Virus record (IMG/VR): IMGVR_UViG_3300028197_000003
Span: 64,001 to 128,000 of that record
Source: a virus
Direction: 5' to 3' (one strand)
Length of the DNA: 64,000 nucleotides
The notes below the pieces were generated by a model. That model was not told where the DNA came from. It saw nothing but the letters and a program-made list of their open reading frames with translations, and made no database searches. Made by a program: the position numbers and the translations under genes. This document shows, piece after piece, positions 46,796 through 57,536 of this stretch; positions within the stretch are counted from its first letter, which is position 1, and each line of letters starts with the position of its first letter.

Positions 46796-47619
46796 AGTCC
46801 TACAACAGTCCGGTCACTCTCTATGGTCCTGGTTTTGTAGGTGGTAGGTATGCTGAGATGTTTCCTGATACTTTGGTACAGGAACGCGATGAATACAAAC
46901 CACAATCTAAGAAGATTCTCTACATGATCTCTACGGTGGACAACTATAATGTTCACAAGGATCTCAATATGGATGTTGATACTAATCTTCGTCTTCTTTG
47001 TGATGTCTTACATCATTGTCGTAATGAAGACATTGAGTTCAACTTTATCTCCTCATGGTTTGTGTATGGTAAGGGGTGCGAGATTCCTGCCCATGAGTCA
47101 GATCATTGCAACCCAACTGGGTTCTATAGCATCACCAAGAAGTGTGCAGAAGATCTAATCAAATCATTCTGTGATGTATACAAGATGAAGTATCGCATTC
47201 TTCGTCTTTGTAATGTTATGGGAGATGATCCCAAAGCATCAAAACAAAAGAATGCAATCATGTGGATGATCAATCAACTAAAAGAGCACAAACCAATTGA
47301 TCTTTATGATCAAGGTAGTCACCGTCGTGATGTCATGCATGTTGATGACGTATGTCGTGCAATCAAAACTGTTATTTCTGAAGGTGATTTGAATGCCGTC
47401 TATAATATTGGGTCAGGTATACCCACTCCTATTGCTGATATTGTTGATACAGCAGTATCTGTCTTGACCAGTCGTTCTGCCATAGATATGATTGATCCTC
47501 CCAAGTTTCATAATGATGTCCAGACACAAGACTTTTATCTTGACACCACTAAACTTCAGGAATTAGGATTCAGACCAAGCATGGACACAGTTGAAATCGT
47601 GGAGTCGTTATGCTCGTAA
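46780..47619 (+). CDS. NAD-dependent epimerase/reductase (SDR)
   Basis: GPGFVG, SSWFVYG, YSITK, RLCNVMG. Confidence 0.85.
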   Translation: MGTDLKSYNSPVTLYGPGFVGGRYAEMFPDTLVQERDEYKPQSKKILYMISTVDNYNVHKDLNMDVDTNLRLLCDVLHHCRNEDIEFNFISSWFVYGKGCEIPAHESDHCNPTGFYSITKKCAEDLIKSFCDVYKMKYRILRLCNVMGDDPKASKQKNAIMWMINQLKEHKPIDLYDQGSHRRDVMHVDDVCRAIKTVISEGDLNAVYNIGSGIPTPIADIVDTAVSVLTSRSAIDMIDPPKFHNDVQTQDFYLDTTKLQELGFRPSMDTVEIVESLCS

Positions 47620-48911
47620 GAAAGAAAGTTGAAAACTTTATTGATGCCCTAGAGGCAGATGGTGAAAAACTATTTCCCTACATGGCAAACAGGGGATGGC
47701 AACCAGGTGATAACATTTACTATTCTGGTCCTTACTGGGACAATCAAGAACCTGCTGCCGCTATCACTACCTTACTCCAAGGTAAATGGTTGCCTGCTGG
47801 TGAAGAAGTCAACAAATTTGAACGTGCATTCTCTAAGCAGTTTGAGTTTGACTATTCTGTGATGGTGAACAGTGGATCATCTGCCAACCTGGTGATGATT
47901 GCTGCACTAAAAAAGTATTTTGATTGGCATGATGGTGATGAGATCATTGTCTGCACCTGTGGGTTCCCCACAACTATCAATCCCATCATCCAGAATGGTC
48001 TTACACCAGTCTTTGTAGATATCAACTATGGTGATCTCAACTGGGATCTTGATCAACTAGAGAGCAAGATTACTCCTAGAACTGTGGCGCTTTTTTCGTC
48101 TCCTGTTCTGGGAAATCCCTATGACTTCGATAAGTTCATCGAGATTGTCGATAGGAATAACCTGCGGTACATCGCTGACAACTGTGACTCGCTCGGTTCC
48201 AAGTGGCGTGGTGAGTTGCTTACCAAACATGCCGTCGCAGCGTCTTGTTCTTTCTATCCAGCGCACCATATCAGCACGATTGAAGGCGGGATGGTTTCTT
48301 CTAACATTGAGGAGATCGTTCAGATCGCCAGGTCTTTCGCATGGTGGGGGAGAGGTTGTTATTGTGTAGGAACCCAGAATAAATTGCCCAACGGTGTCTG
48401 TGGGCAACGCTTCGACCGCTGGTTGGAAGGGTACGATCAAGATGTCGATCATAAGTATGTCTTTGGCGTTCAAGGATACAACCTCAAGCCTGCCGACTTG
48501 CAAGGGTCTATTGGGTTGGTACAACTGACTAAGCAAAATGAGATACATAGCATCCGTCGTAGCAACAAAGCTAGACTTCACGAGATCTTCAGTCAGATTC
48601 CGGGTGCTCGGGTTATTGAAGAGAAAGAGCATGCAGAGACTAGTTGGTTTGGTGTTCCTATCGTCTGCGAAGAATATAAACACCGCCTCGTAAAATATTT
48701 AGAGAGTAATAAAGTCCAGACAAGGAACTATTTTGCTGGTAATATTCTAATGCATCCTGCATACCAACATATTGAACCTGCAAGCAATTATCCAAACGCA
48801 TGTAAGGTTTTAGATAATGTATTTTTTGTTGGATGTAGTCCTGTTATTACTGAACCTATGTTAGAATACATAGATGAGGTTGTTTCTAATTACATTTCTG
48901 AAAATTACTAA
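47610..48911 (+). CDS. rfbH: RfbH/E1-like NDP-4-keto-6-deoxyglucose-3-dehydrase (DegT family)
   Basis: NSGSSANL, DNCDSLG, SFYPAHH (His at the usual Lys position), Cys cluster GRGCYC...GVCG, RNYFAGN. Confidence 0.85.
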   Translation: MLVRKKVENFIDALEADGEKLFPYMANRGWQPGDNIYYSGPYWDNQEPAAAITTLLQGKWLPAGEEVNKFERAFSKQFEFDYSVMVNSGSSANLVMIAALKKYFDWHDGDEIIVCTCGFPTTINPIIQNGLTPVFVDINYGDLNWDLDQLESKITPRTVALFSSPVLGNPYDFDKFIEIVDRNNLRYIADNCDSLGSKWRGELLTKHAVAASCSFYPAHHISTIEGGMVSSNIEEIVQIARSFAWWGRGCYCVGTQNKLPNGVCGQRFDRWLEGYDQDVDHKYVFGVQGYNLKPADLQGSIGLVQLTKQNEIHSIRRSNKARLHEIFSQIPGARVIEEKEHAETSWFGVPIVCEEYKHRLVKYLESNKVQTRNYFAGNILMHPAYQHIEPASNYPNACKVLDNVFFVGCSPVITEPMLEYIDEVVSNYISENY

Positions 48912-50011
48912 TGGATAGACAAAAGCGAGCATTGGTCCTGGGTGCCGGTGGTTTCATCGGTAGTCATATGGTCAAGCGACTCAAGACCGAAGGGTATTGG
49001 GTTCGTGGTGTGGACCTCAAGGTTCCTGACTTCTCAGATTCAGTAGCGGATGAATTCATCCAAGGTGATCTGCGAGATTATACTTTTGTCGAACGTGTAA
49101 TTGAGTACAAGGGTGAACAGGGTAACTTTTATAACTCTGTTCCCTACCAGTACATCGACACCTTTGATGAGATCTATCAGTTTGCTGCTGACATGGGTGG
49201 TGCTGGTTACATCTTTACTGGTGAGCATGATGCAGATATCATGCACAACTCTGCAAGCATCAACTTGAACTTGCTGCAGTCAGTCTATAAATTCAATGAG
49301 ACCTTTGATGGTCGTGATAAAGAGTGGACTGTAGCAAATCGTCCTAAGAAAGATCAACCCACAAAGATCTTTTATAGTTCTTCTGCTTGCATGTATCCAG
49401 AGCACAATCAACTAGACCCCGATAATCCAGACTGCCGTGAAGAATCTGCGTACCCTGCTGCTCCTGATTCGGAGTACGGCTGGGAAAAACTCTTTAGCGA
49501 AAGACTTTACTTTGCTTACAACCGTAATCATGGGATTCCTGTTCGTGTCGCTCGCTATCACAACATCTTCGGACCTGAAGGAACCTGGGAAGGTGGAAAA
49601 GAGAAGGCACCTGCTGCAATCTGCCGCAAAGTCGCTTTCCTCCCGCTCCAAGGTGGAGCTATCGAGGTGTGGGGAGACGGCTTACAGACTCGTTCCTTCT
49701 TGTTCATTGATGAATGCATCGAAGCGACTTGGAGACTGATGCAGTCTGACTTCATGGGTCCTGTGAACATTGGATCTGAGGAGATGGTCACCATCAATCA
49801 ACTGGCAGAAATCACGGCGAAAGTTGCACGTAAAGATGTTACCAAGATTCATCTTGATGTTCCTCACACAGGTGTTCGAGGACGCAACTCCAACAACGAT
49901 CTAATTCGAGAGAAATTAGGTTGGGATTATTCTCAATCCCTTGAAGAAGGTATCTCTCTGACTTACAATTGGATCATTCAACAAATCGGGAAGAACCTTG
50001 AGGGATCATGA
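48911..50011 (+). CDS. GDP-mannose 3',5'-epimerase-like SDR
   Basis: AADMGGAGYI, SSACMYP, YGWEKL, HNIFGP.G...GGKEKAPAA.CRK. Confidence 0.88.
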   Translation: MDRQKRALVLGAGGFIGSHMVKRLKTEGYWVRGVDLKVPDFSDSVADEFIQGDLRDYTFVERVIEYKGEQGNFYNSVPYQYIDTFDEIYQFAADMGGAGYIFTGEHDADIMHNSASINLNLLQSVYKFNETFDGRDKEWTVANRPKKDQPTKIFYSSSACMYPEHNQLDPDNPDCREESAYPAAPDSEYGWEKLFSERLYFAYNRNHGIPVRVARYHNIFGPEGTWEGGKEKAPAAICRKVAFLPLQGGAIEVWGDGLQTRSFLFIDECIEATWRLMQSDFMGPVNIGSEEMVTINQLAEITAKVARKDVTKIHLDVPHTGVRGRNSNNDLIREKLGWDYSQSLEEGISLTYNWIIQQIGKNLEGS

Positions 50012-50664
50012 ACACTACGTATAACTATGAACGCGATGCTCTGAAGTCTACTTTCACAGGGCACACTAAAGTTTTTGAAAATTTCTCTCAAGCATACCAG
50101 GATTTGTTTGTCCTAACTATGTTGAATGGAAAAAAGAATGGTAAGTATGTGGAGGTGGGTGCTAATCATCCCCAATCTTTGAACAATACTTTCCTACTTG
50201 AGACAGTATTTGGTTGGCGTGGTTTCTCTGTAGAGATTGAGCGTTCAATGTGTGAGGTTTTCAACGGAGACATGGCACGGCAGAACCAATGCTATGAAGC
50301 AGATGCCACTACGTTTGATTACTCCGAGGCAATCGCTAAAGAAAAGTGGCAGGGTCGTATTGATTACTTCTCTGTTGACTGTGAACCTCCTGAGGTGACG
50401 TTCAAGGCACTCAAAGCATTCCCTCATGATGAATTCCGTGCCAGCGTTATCACCTTTGAACATGACTCGTACAAGGACGGTGAGACTATCCGTGATCATT
50501 CACGTCAATTCTTAGAAGATCTTGGTTACCAACTGGTATGTGCCAGTGTTTGTAATGGTGGTAATTCTTATGAAGATTGGTGGGTTGATCCTACTGTTGT
50601 AAAAGAATCAGTTTGGAAACCCTTTGAGTGTGTTGATGTAGAAGCACGAAACATTTTGGTATGA
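50008..50664 (+). CDS. FkbM-family methyltransferase
   Basis: SQAYQD.FV, YVEVGA, NNT..LE, W.G..VE, IDY.S.D. Confidence 0.8.
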   Translation: MNTTYNYERDALKSTFTGHTKVFENFSQAYQDLFVLTMLNGKKNGKYVEVGANHPQSLNNTFLLETVFGWRGFSVEIERSMCEVFNGDMARQNQCYEADATTFDYSEAIAKEKWQGRIDYFSVDCEPPEVTFKALKAFPHDEFRASVITFEHDSYKDGETIRDHSRQFLEDLGYQLVCASVCNGGNSYEDWWVDPTVVKESVWKPFECVDVEARNILV

Positions 50665-51434
50665 AACTATCTCATTGGTATGGAAGACTTGGTAACAACA
50701 TTCAACAGTGTGCTGTTGGTTTGATGTGTGCTCAGGCATACAACACCGAGTTTATCCAACCCCTAGAGCACGAGATAATTCCTACCTTCACTGAAAAGTT
50801 TGGTGACACTAGAAGGTCTGGGTTTAGTAAATTTTTTTATTATGATGGACCATTCAGAGAAGTTCCGATCGAAATCGGTAAAATTTATACCGAGATCCGA
50901 TCGTTTTGTAAAACATATATCAGACCGCGTCTTGACCTCCCAAATGTGGAGGTGGATCCTGATTGCCTTGTTATTCATATTCGTAGTGGAGATGTCTTTG
51001 ACCGGGGGGTTGATAATCCTGGTCAATATGTCCCTAATCCTTACTGTTTTTATGGTGCACTACTTGAGAATTTTGAGAAGGCAATTGTCGTCACTGAACC
51101 TGACCGACACAATCCAATTGTTGAAGAACTCAGGTGGAATCCTAAGGTTACGATCCAATCTAAAAGCGTTGCGGAGGATTTTGCTACGCTAATGGCAGCA
51201 AAACATGTTGCTACGTCTGGAGTAGGGACGTTTGGTATTGCTGCAGCACTTTGTAGTGATAAAATTACTAATCTTTATTGCACAGACCTGTGTATTGGTG
51301 AACATCTAAATTATAAAATGCTTTATAATACGGATGTAGTCATCAATATGATGGTCCTGATGGACTATATCAAAACAGGAGAGTGGGCGAACACTAATGA
51401 ACAACGAGAGTTCCTCTTTAGTTACAAGGTATAA
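50661..51434 (+). CDS. GT11-like (fucosyltransferase-related) protein
   Basis: GRLGNNI, VIHIRSGD. Confidence 0.6.
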   Translation: MKLSHWYGRLGNNIQQCAVGLMCAQAYNTEFIQPLEHEIIPTFTEKFGDTRRSGFSKFFYYDGPFREVPIEIGKIYTEIRSFCKTYIRPRLDLPNVEVDPDCLVIHIRSGDVFDRGVDNPGQYVPNPYCFYGALLENFEKAIVVTEPDRHNPIVEELRWNPKVTIQSKSVAEDFATLMAAKHVATSGVGTFGIAAALCSDKITNLYCTDLCIGEHLNYKMLYNTDVVINMMVLMDYIKTGEWANTNEQREFLFSYKV

Positions 51435-51939
51435 ACTCAAGGTTACTCATCAAAAACTGATTGAGAATCTGTGTCATGAGATGCCCTACTATTTTTTCAA
51501 GGACTGTGCCTACGGCAACGTAGACCATCCCTTGAGAAAAGAAATGAATCCTTACTTCAGTCATACGTTATTGCATGTCAAGGGCACAACGTCTGACTTT
51601 TTTTATAAGTTTCCATGGGATGAGATTGGTAAAGCAATCAACCTACCAGACAAGAAAATGTTCAGGGCACACATGACCCTGCAATATCCTAGACCCACTG
51701 CTGTGGGTGTACCTCACAATCCCCACGTTGATGACGACCGTCCACATGTAGTTGCACTCTATTATCCTAATGATTCTGATGGCGACACATACTTTTTTGA
51801 TTCATCTGGTGAAGTGATACATACAGAAGAACCTAAACGTGGTAAAATAATAGTGTTCAATGGCAGAACACTCCACTCCAGTTCTTCTCCCTCCTCTAAC
51901 GTACGCTTTTCTTTGAACATAAATTATGGCAGTCTATGA
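51397..51939 (+). CDS. 2OG-Fe(II) oxygenase
   Basis: PHVD, LYY.NDSDGDT, LHSSS.P, RFSLNIN. Confidence 0.82.
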   Translation: MNNESSSLVTRYKLKVTHQKLIENLCHEMPYYFFKDCAYGNVDHPLRKEMNPYFSHTLLHVKGTTSDFFYKFPWDEIGKAINLPDKKMFRAHMTLQYPRPTAVGVPHNPHVDDDRPHVVALYYPNDSDGDTYFFDSSGEVIHTEEPKRGKIIVFNGRTLHSSSSPSSNVRFSLNINYGSL

Positions 51940-52771
51940 TGTGTTCACGTTCTATAATGAACTGGACTTACTTGAACTAAGAATGAATATTCTTGGTAAC
52001 GAAGTAGATTATTTTGTTATCAATGAAGCTAATATTACTTTTACTGGTAAACAAAAACCTATGTACTTCTCCGAGAACCGTAAGCGGTTCAAGAAGTGGG
52101 AAGACAAGATCATTTATCATGAGACGATTGATGACAATCAAACGTTAGAAAATTTCTGGGAGAATGTTCCGTACCACCGGAGCATGATGGAAGATGATAT
52201 CTATAAACTGCCACTGCCATACCAACGTGCATGCTTCCATAAAGACAGTGCAATCTATGCTCTGCTAGGTAAGGTAAAGGATGACGACATCATCCTTACC
52301 AGTGATGCTGATGAAATTGCAAATCCTGAAGCATTGAAATGTATTGATGAATGGTTTGATCCTAGTAATCATTACGTTCTTACTGGTCCTCTTTATTACT
52401 ACTACCTCAACGTCAAGTGTGAAGACCAGTGGATGGGAACCAGAGTGTGTGATTTCAAAACACTGAAGACAATGAGTGTTGACAAACTCCGTCAGTCACA
52501 TCATGAGGCATATAAGATTGCTAACGCTTCATGGCATTGGAGTTTCTTCGGTGATGCAGACACGGTACGGCAGAAGATGGACGCCTATGAGCACCAGGAA
52601 AATAATAAAGAAGAGTTTAGGTCTAGTATGGAGGACAGGATCAAGCATAATTTAGATCCTTATGGTCGTAGTTATCTTTATCAACCTACGGTAGTTGATA
52701 TTGATGATAGTTTCCCTTCATATGTGAGGGCACAGAAGAATCGTAAACTGAAGAAGTTTGTGAAAGTATGA
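51926..52771 (+). CDS. GT17-like glycosyltransferase (GnT-III family)
   Basis: YDVFTFYNELDLLELR...VDYFVI.EA..TFTG..K; SDADEI; WHWSF. Confidence 0.82.
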   Translation: MAVYDVFTFYNELDLLELRMNILGNEVDYFVINEANITFTGKQKPMYFSENRKRFKKWEDKIIYHETIDDNQTLENFWENVPYHRSMMEDDIYKLPLPYQRACFHKDSAIYALLGKVKDDDIILTSDADEIANPEALKCIDEWFDPSNHYVLTGPLYYYYLNVKCEDQWMGTRVCDFKTLKTMSVDKLRQSHHEAYKIANASWHWSFFGDADTVRQKMDAYEHQENNKEEFRSSMEDRIKHNLDPYGRSYLYQPTVVDIDDSFPSYVRAQKNRKLKKFVKV

Positions 52772-53673
52772 AACTGATTTCGGGACCAGCGGTTGCAGAT
52801 CTTTGTGACTACAGTTTTGGTGATCAAGCAGGCATGGTAGGAGGAGTCTATGGTGCCTTTATGAATGATGCTAATTCATCTAACACTGATTTCTTATGTG
52901 ATAAAGAGGTTATCAAACTATTCATTGATAATATCAGGTTGTATCACAGACCAATCAAGTGTGGTAATAAAAAAGATCAGGTGTGGATCAATGGTCTACA
53001 AAAACGTAATGATCTTATGAAACTCTGTGCTCATTATCCTGAGAAAAAATTTATAATTTTCTGCAACAACGAAGACACTCCTATCAATTCTGATATTGAT
53101 ATCCCCGACAATGTGTTGGGGATTTTTGCTGCAAATGCAGTGGGGTTCAAAGATAAATTATATCCATTTCCTTATGGTGTGGGTAGGAAGTTGAGTGCCA
53201 ATGATGAACGTCAAAGTATTCTCCACGCTGCTATGGAGAAGGATCCTAAACCTAAAAAACTACTCTACATCAATCATGCAGAGCACACTAACATCAGTGC
53301 ACGTGGCAACATCCGTGAAATCTTTAGCAAGTTACATTACGCCACGGTCGGGGAAGCGGTAAACTATCATACCTACGTGAGAGAGATTCAGAATCATAAA
53401 TTTATGATCTGTCCTCAAGGTAATGCAGTTGATTGTCACCGAAACTGGGAGGTTCTCTATCTAAAAAGGGTGCCAATCATGGTGAAAAATGATTACTTGC
53501 AAGAGTTGTATAAAAATTATCCTGTGTTATGGGTAGATGACTTTGGTAAGATCACTAAATCTGTGTTGTCGAATGCTCAAGATCTTTGTGACAAGGCTAG
53601 AAATATTGACACTAATCTGTTAGACTTATACTCGGTGTTCAACAGGGCAGTCAAACGTGCTAAAGATTCCTGA
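52768..53673 (+). CDS. Exostosin-like (GT47-related) protein
   Basis: KFMICPQGNAVDCHRNWE.LY...VPI. Confidence 0.75.
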   Translation: MKLISGPAVADLCDYSFGDQAGMVGGVYGAFMNDANSSNTDFLCDKEVIKLFIDNIRLYHRPIKCGNKKDQVWINGLQKRNDLMKLCAHYPEKKFIIFCNNEDTPINSDIDIPDNVLGIFAANAVGFKDKLYPFPYGVGRKLSANDERQSILHAAMEKDPKPKKLLYINHAEHTNISARGNIREIFSKLHYATVGEAVNYHTYVREIQNHKFMICPQGNAVDCHRNWEVLYLKRVPIMVKNDYLQELYKNYPVLWVDDFGKITKSVLSNAQDLCDKARNIDTNLLDLYSVFNRAVKRAKDS

Positions 53674-54328
53674 AGTTACACTGCTGATGCTAGCAGATGT
53701 TGACATACCAGAAGCAGTCTATGCGGTAAATAAATCATGTGAATCTATTGAATGGGGCGCTGTCAAATTTCTTGGCAGTAAAGGAAGACCAGAAGGTCTC
53801 TGTGATCAAGCACAGTATGAGAAAACTTATCCAATTCAAAGTATCAATGATTTCAATTTTTATTGCATATATAATTTTCTCAATCATATTCAGTCCTCGC
53901 ATTGCCTCCTTATTCATCCTGACGGTTTTGTTATTCGACCTTGGTTATGGGATAATTCGTGGTTACAATACGACTACATCGGTGCCCCGTGGAGAGACGA
54001 TCCAACCGCCTACCTCGACCCCTGGGGTAAGAACCAGCGGGTTGGGAATGGGGGATTTTCCTTACGTTCCAGAAAGTTATTACAAGTTCCCTCGCGTGTG
54101 ACTGTGCCTTGGGAAGTCAATGAAGGAGACTTTTATAAGCATATGAATGCTGGACTATATAACGAGGACGGAAACATATGTATCCACAATCGGCACCTTT
54201 TTGAGGAACAAGGATGCGTCTTTGCTCCAGTGGAAGTTGCCGCTAGGTTCTCTAAAGAGGTAGAGTGCCCAGAACACAAAGGTGTCGAGACCTTTGGTTT
54301 TCATTATCATTTTCAAGACATCCGATGA
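53657..54328 (+). CDS. DUF5672-like putative glycosyltransferase
   Basis: HPDGF, YDYIGAPW, VGNGGFSLRS.KL, EDG, FGFH. Confidence 0.78.
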   Translation: MLKIPEVTLLMLADVDIPEAVYAVNKSCESIEWGAVKFLGSKGRPEGLCDQAQYEKTYPIQSINDFNFYCIYNFLNHIQSSHCLLIHPDGFVIRPWLWDNSWLQYDYIGAPWRDDPTAYLDPWGKNQRVGNGGFSLRSRKLLQVPSRVTVPWEVNEGDFYKHMNAGLYNEDGNICIHNRHLFEEQGCVFAPVEVAARFSKEVECPEHKGVETFGFHYHFQDIR

Positions 54329-55116
54329 CAGTCAAATATTATCCTCTGTGGTGGAACCCTTGGCAAGACAAGCATCTTGATCTTGGCGATAAGTCTGTCA
54401 GCATTTCTATTGATAACCTTGATTATGATCCGCAAGCAGATGTAAAAATTCTGTTCTTAGCGGAACCATATTCAATCCTTCCTACGGTAACTGAGGGAGC
54501 ACTTCGTGGTGCTTATCATTTTGATAAGATCTATACGTTCACTCAAAAAATTATCGACACACACCCTCAAGCAGAATTGTTTGAGTGGGGATCTAGTTGG
54601 TTGAATTTTTCTGATCTTATTATTGATAAGGGTAACAACGTTACCTTTGTTACGAGTAATAAGAATCAAACTGTTGGACACAACATGCGTCTTGACATCT
54701 TTGAGATGCTCAAGAAGGTAGATGTATCTAATGGACTACAATACTATGCACATATGTCACCTCCTTTCCATCAACGGAGGAATGATTTCTTTGAGAACGC
54801 TAAGTTTCATATTACAGTAGAGAACTCTCGCCAACAGAATTACTTTACTGAAAAGGTTATTGATTGCTTTGCGTCAAAAACTGTACCCATTTACTATGGT
54901 TGTCCTAACCTTAGTGATTGGTTCAATATGGATGGTGTGATTGTATTTCATGATATGGAAGAGCTTGAACTTATCCTAAGACATCTGGATACTGAAATGT
55001 ATGATTGGAGAAAACCTGCAATCGATCAGAACTATGAAATTGCTAAGCGTTTCCATAGTGAAAACGATGTAGTGCCTAGACTTACAAATAAAATCAAGGA
55101 GTTTGTAGGGAAATGA
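54325..55116 (+). CDS. GT10-like (fucosyltransferase-related) protein
   Basis: FHITVENS...YFTEK..DCF...TVPIYYG. Confidence 0.78.
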   Translation: MTVKYYPLWWNPWQDKHLDLGDKSVSISIDNLDYDPQADVKILFLAEPYSILPTVTEGALRGAYHFDKIYTFTQKIIDTHPQAELFEWGSSWLNFSDLIIDKGNNVTFVTSNKNQTVGHNMRLDIFEMLKKVDVSNGLQYYAHMSPPFHQRRNDFFENAKFHITVENSRQQNYFTEKVIDCFASKTVPIYYGCPNLSDWFNMDGVIVFHDMEELELILRHLDTEMYDWRKPAIDQNYEIAKRFHSENDVVPRLTNKIKEFVGK

Positions 55117-55796
55117 GAGTAAGTTTTTGCATTCCTACGCATGATAAGAACCCTAGGTGCCAACAGTATCTGTTTGACATCTTTCATAGTCTGTCATTGC
55201 AGAAGGATATGAACTTCAATGTTTGGGTGTCTGATCATGGCACATCAAACAAAGTTCAAAGAGCATGTCAAGAGTATGATGATCTGTTCGAGATCAATTA
55301 TGTTCAGAACACAGAAAAGATAGGTAACATTTCTGCTAATACCAATAACGCTATGCGTTTAGCAGATGGTGACATCTTGAAAATTATCTTCAGTGATGAT
55401 ATGATTCTAACTAAGAATCTAAGTTCTGAACTTGACGCTACCTTTACTGAAGGAGTGGAGTGGGCAGTGACTGGATTTGCTCATACCTTAGATGATGGTA
55501 AGACTCACTACAACCCTAAGATTCCTGTCTATAACAATCGTTTGCTAGAGGGTGTCAACACTCTCAGTTCTCCATCTATTCTTGCTCTCCGTAATGGGTG
55601 TGAGGAATACTTTGATGAAGAACTTACTATGCTGATGGACTGTGACATGTACTATAGGTTGTATGAGAACTATGGGGAACCAAAAGTTCTTAGTCACTAC
55701 CACATCTCTAATAGAGAACACCCCCATCAAACACAACGTAAGTATGAGAACCTTATGCCTCAGGAGATTGAATATTTGAAGGAGAAGCATAAATGA
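55113..55796 (+). CDS. GT2 glycosyltransferase
   Basis: VSFCIPTH, WVSDH, N.NNA...A.GD..K.IFSDD, LMDCD.Y. Confidence 0.82.
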   Translation: MRVSFCIPTHDKNPRCQQYLFDIFHSLSLQKDMNFNVWVSDHGTSNKVQRACQEYDDLFEINYVQNTEKIGNISANTNNAMRLADGDILKIIFSDDMILTKNLSSELDATFTEGVEWAVTGFAHTLDDGKTHYNPKIPVYNNRLLEGVNTLSSPSILALRNGCEEYFDEELTMLMDCDMYYRLYENYGEPKVLSHYHISNREHPHQTQRKYENLMPQEIEYLKEKHK

Positions 55797-56581
55797 TTGG
55801 ATTCAATCACCTGGGTCGTCATGGTCGTCTGGGTAATCAGATGTTTCAGTATGCAGGACTACGTGGCATTGCTGCTAAGCATGGGTATGACTTCTGTATT
55901 CCTCCTAGCGATTTTCAAGACCAATGGACTGACCATCAATTGTTTGAGTGCTTCAAACTTACTGGACTAACGAATATTGCAGTGTGTCCTGGACCTTACG
56001 TACAGGAAGAACATTTTCACTTTGATAAGAACCTGTTTGACAACATGCCTGATGGGCATAATGTCTACGGGTATCTACAAAGCGAAAAATGGTTCAAACA
56101 TATTGAATCTGAAATCCGTGAGGACTTTGAATTCAAAAACAATATCAAAGAACCATGCCAAGAAATGATTGGTTCGGTTGACCGACCAATTGCTCTGCAT
56201 GTTCGGAGGGGTGACTACATAACTAACTGCGACAACCACCCTCCATGCACCAAGGATTATTATGAACGTGCCCTTTCGCACTTTGATTCTGACAGGACTG
56301 TCGTTGTTTTTTCTGATGATCCTGCTTGGTGTAACGAACAATTTGTAGATGATCGTTTTTTGATCTCTGAGGGTGGCGACAATGTTGCCGACCTCTGTAT
56401 GATGAGTCTATGTCACGACTTTATCATTGCTAACTCATCATTCTCATGGTGGGGGTCTTGGTTGAGTGCAAACTCAGACAAGACAATCATCGCCCCTAAC
56501 CGTTGGTTCGGTGACGGGTATACTAAAGACCACGACACCTCTGACCTTTACTGCCCTAACTGGAAATCTATCAATGTCTGA
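55793..56581 (+). CDS. GT11 alpha-1,2-fucosyltransferase-like protein
   Basis: GRLGNQMFQYA, GYLQSEKWF, LHVRRGDY, FSDD, IIANSSFSWWG. Confidence 0.9.
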   Translation: MIGFNHLGRHGRLGNQMFQYAGLRGIAAKHGYDFCIPPSDFQDQWTDHQLFECFKLTGLTNIAVCPGPYVQEEHFHFDKNLFDNMPDGHNVYGYLQSEKWFKHIESEIREDFEFKNNIKEPCQEMIGSVDRPIALHVRRGDYITNCDNHPPCTKDYYERALSHFDSDRTVVVFSDDPAWCNEQFVDDRFLISEGGDNVADLCMMSLCHDFIIANSSFSWWGSWLSANSDKTIIAPNRWFGDGYTKDHDTSDLYCPNWKSINV

Positions 56582-57536
56582 AACAATCCACCAAGAAGGT
56601 GTTGAAATTCAAGATCTTGGAATATACGAAGATCTTCAGATCCAACCGGTAAACTCCTGGGACCTGACTAAAACAACCTTCATCATTCCTTTGCGAATTG
56701 AAAGTGTTGATCGGATGCGTAACATCACGACAACACTAGTGTATCTTCTGCGTAATTTTGATACTCAGATCATTATCAAGGAACATGATGTTGAATCTAT
56801 TTTCTTGAAGAGTGTGGTGCCAATGCTTGATGAAGCATTGCCTCCTGAGAAGATGGAGAAGATTCATCATATCTTTGAGGAGAGTAATGATAAAGTCTTC
56901 CATAGGACTCGTTTGATCAACGACATGCTGATGTTGGTTGAGACCCCTGTGGTCTGCAACTATGACTGTGATGTCTTGCTGCCGATGAACAACTACATCT
57001 TGGCGCAGAATGCCATTCTAACCGGTTGGGTTCCCCCAAATGATCCTGAGGCAACTCCTGAACCTGTGAAGTGTGTCTATCCTTATGGGTGTGGAGACTA
57101 TCAGTACCAGTTACGAGTTACTGATGAGGACTGTACTCGGTTCATCAACAGCAACTTCAACTTCAATGCATTTGAGAAAAATGCAACTTTGTATGATGCC
57201 AAGTTTGGTTTCGTACAGTTCTTTGACACTAAAGAATACCTTCGATTGGGTGCAGAAAACGAAGGGTTTGTTGCTTATGGATATGAAGATGACGAACGTT
57301 ACAGTCGCTTCAATCTTTGTTCACAAGTGCTGCGTCTAAATGATTTGATCTATCATATGGAGCACCGTCGTACTCCTAACTCTTGGTTCAACAACCCTCA
57401 CATCGAAGAGAACCGTGCGTTGTGGGAAAAACTTGGCAACATGAGTAGGGACGCTATTGAAGAATATTATAAGGATCCCCTATACATGGTGTATCGTGGT
57501 GTCCGCAATGGCAAACGCCCTGGCACGGATGACTGA
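56574..57536 (+). CDS. GT2/GT7-C galactosyltransferase-like protein
   Basis: TFIIPLR..S.DR.RN, NYDCD (DxD), NEGF.AYGYEDDE. Confidence 0.75.
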   Translation: MSETIHQEGVEIQDLGIYEDLQIQPVNSWDLTKTTFIIPLRIESVDRMRNITTTLVYLLRNFDTQIIIKEHDVESIFLKSVVPMLDEALPPEKMEKIHHIFEESNDKVFHRTRLINDMLMLVETPVVCNYDCDVLLPMNNYILAQNAILTGWVPPNDPEATPEPVKCVYPYGCGDYQYQLRVTDEDCTRFINSNFNFNAFEKNATLYDAKFGFVQFFDTKEYLRLGAENEGFVAYGYEDDERYSRFNLCSQVLRLNDLIYHMEHRRTPNSWFNNPHIEENRALWEKLGNMSRDAIEEYYKDPLYMVYRGVRNGKRPGTDD

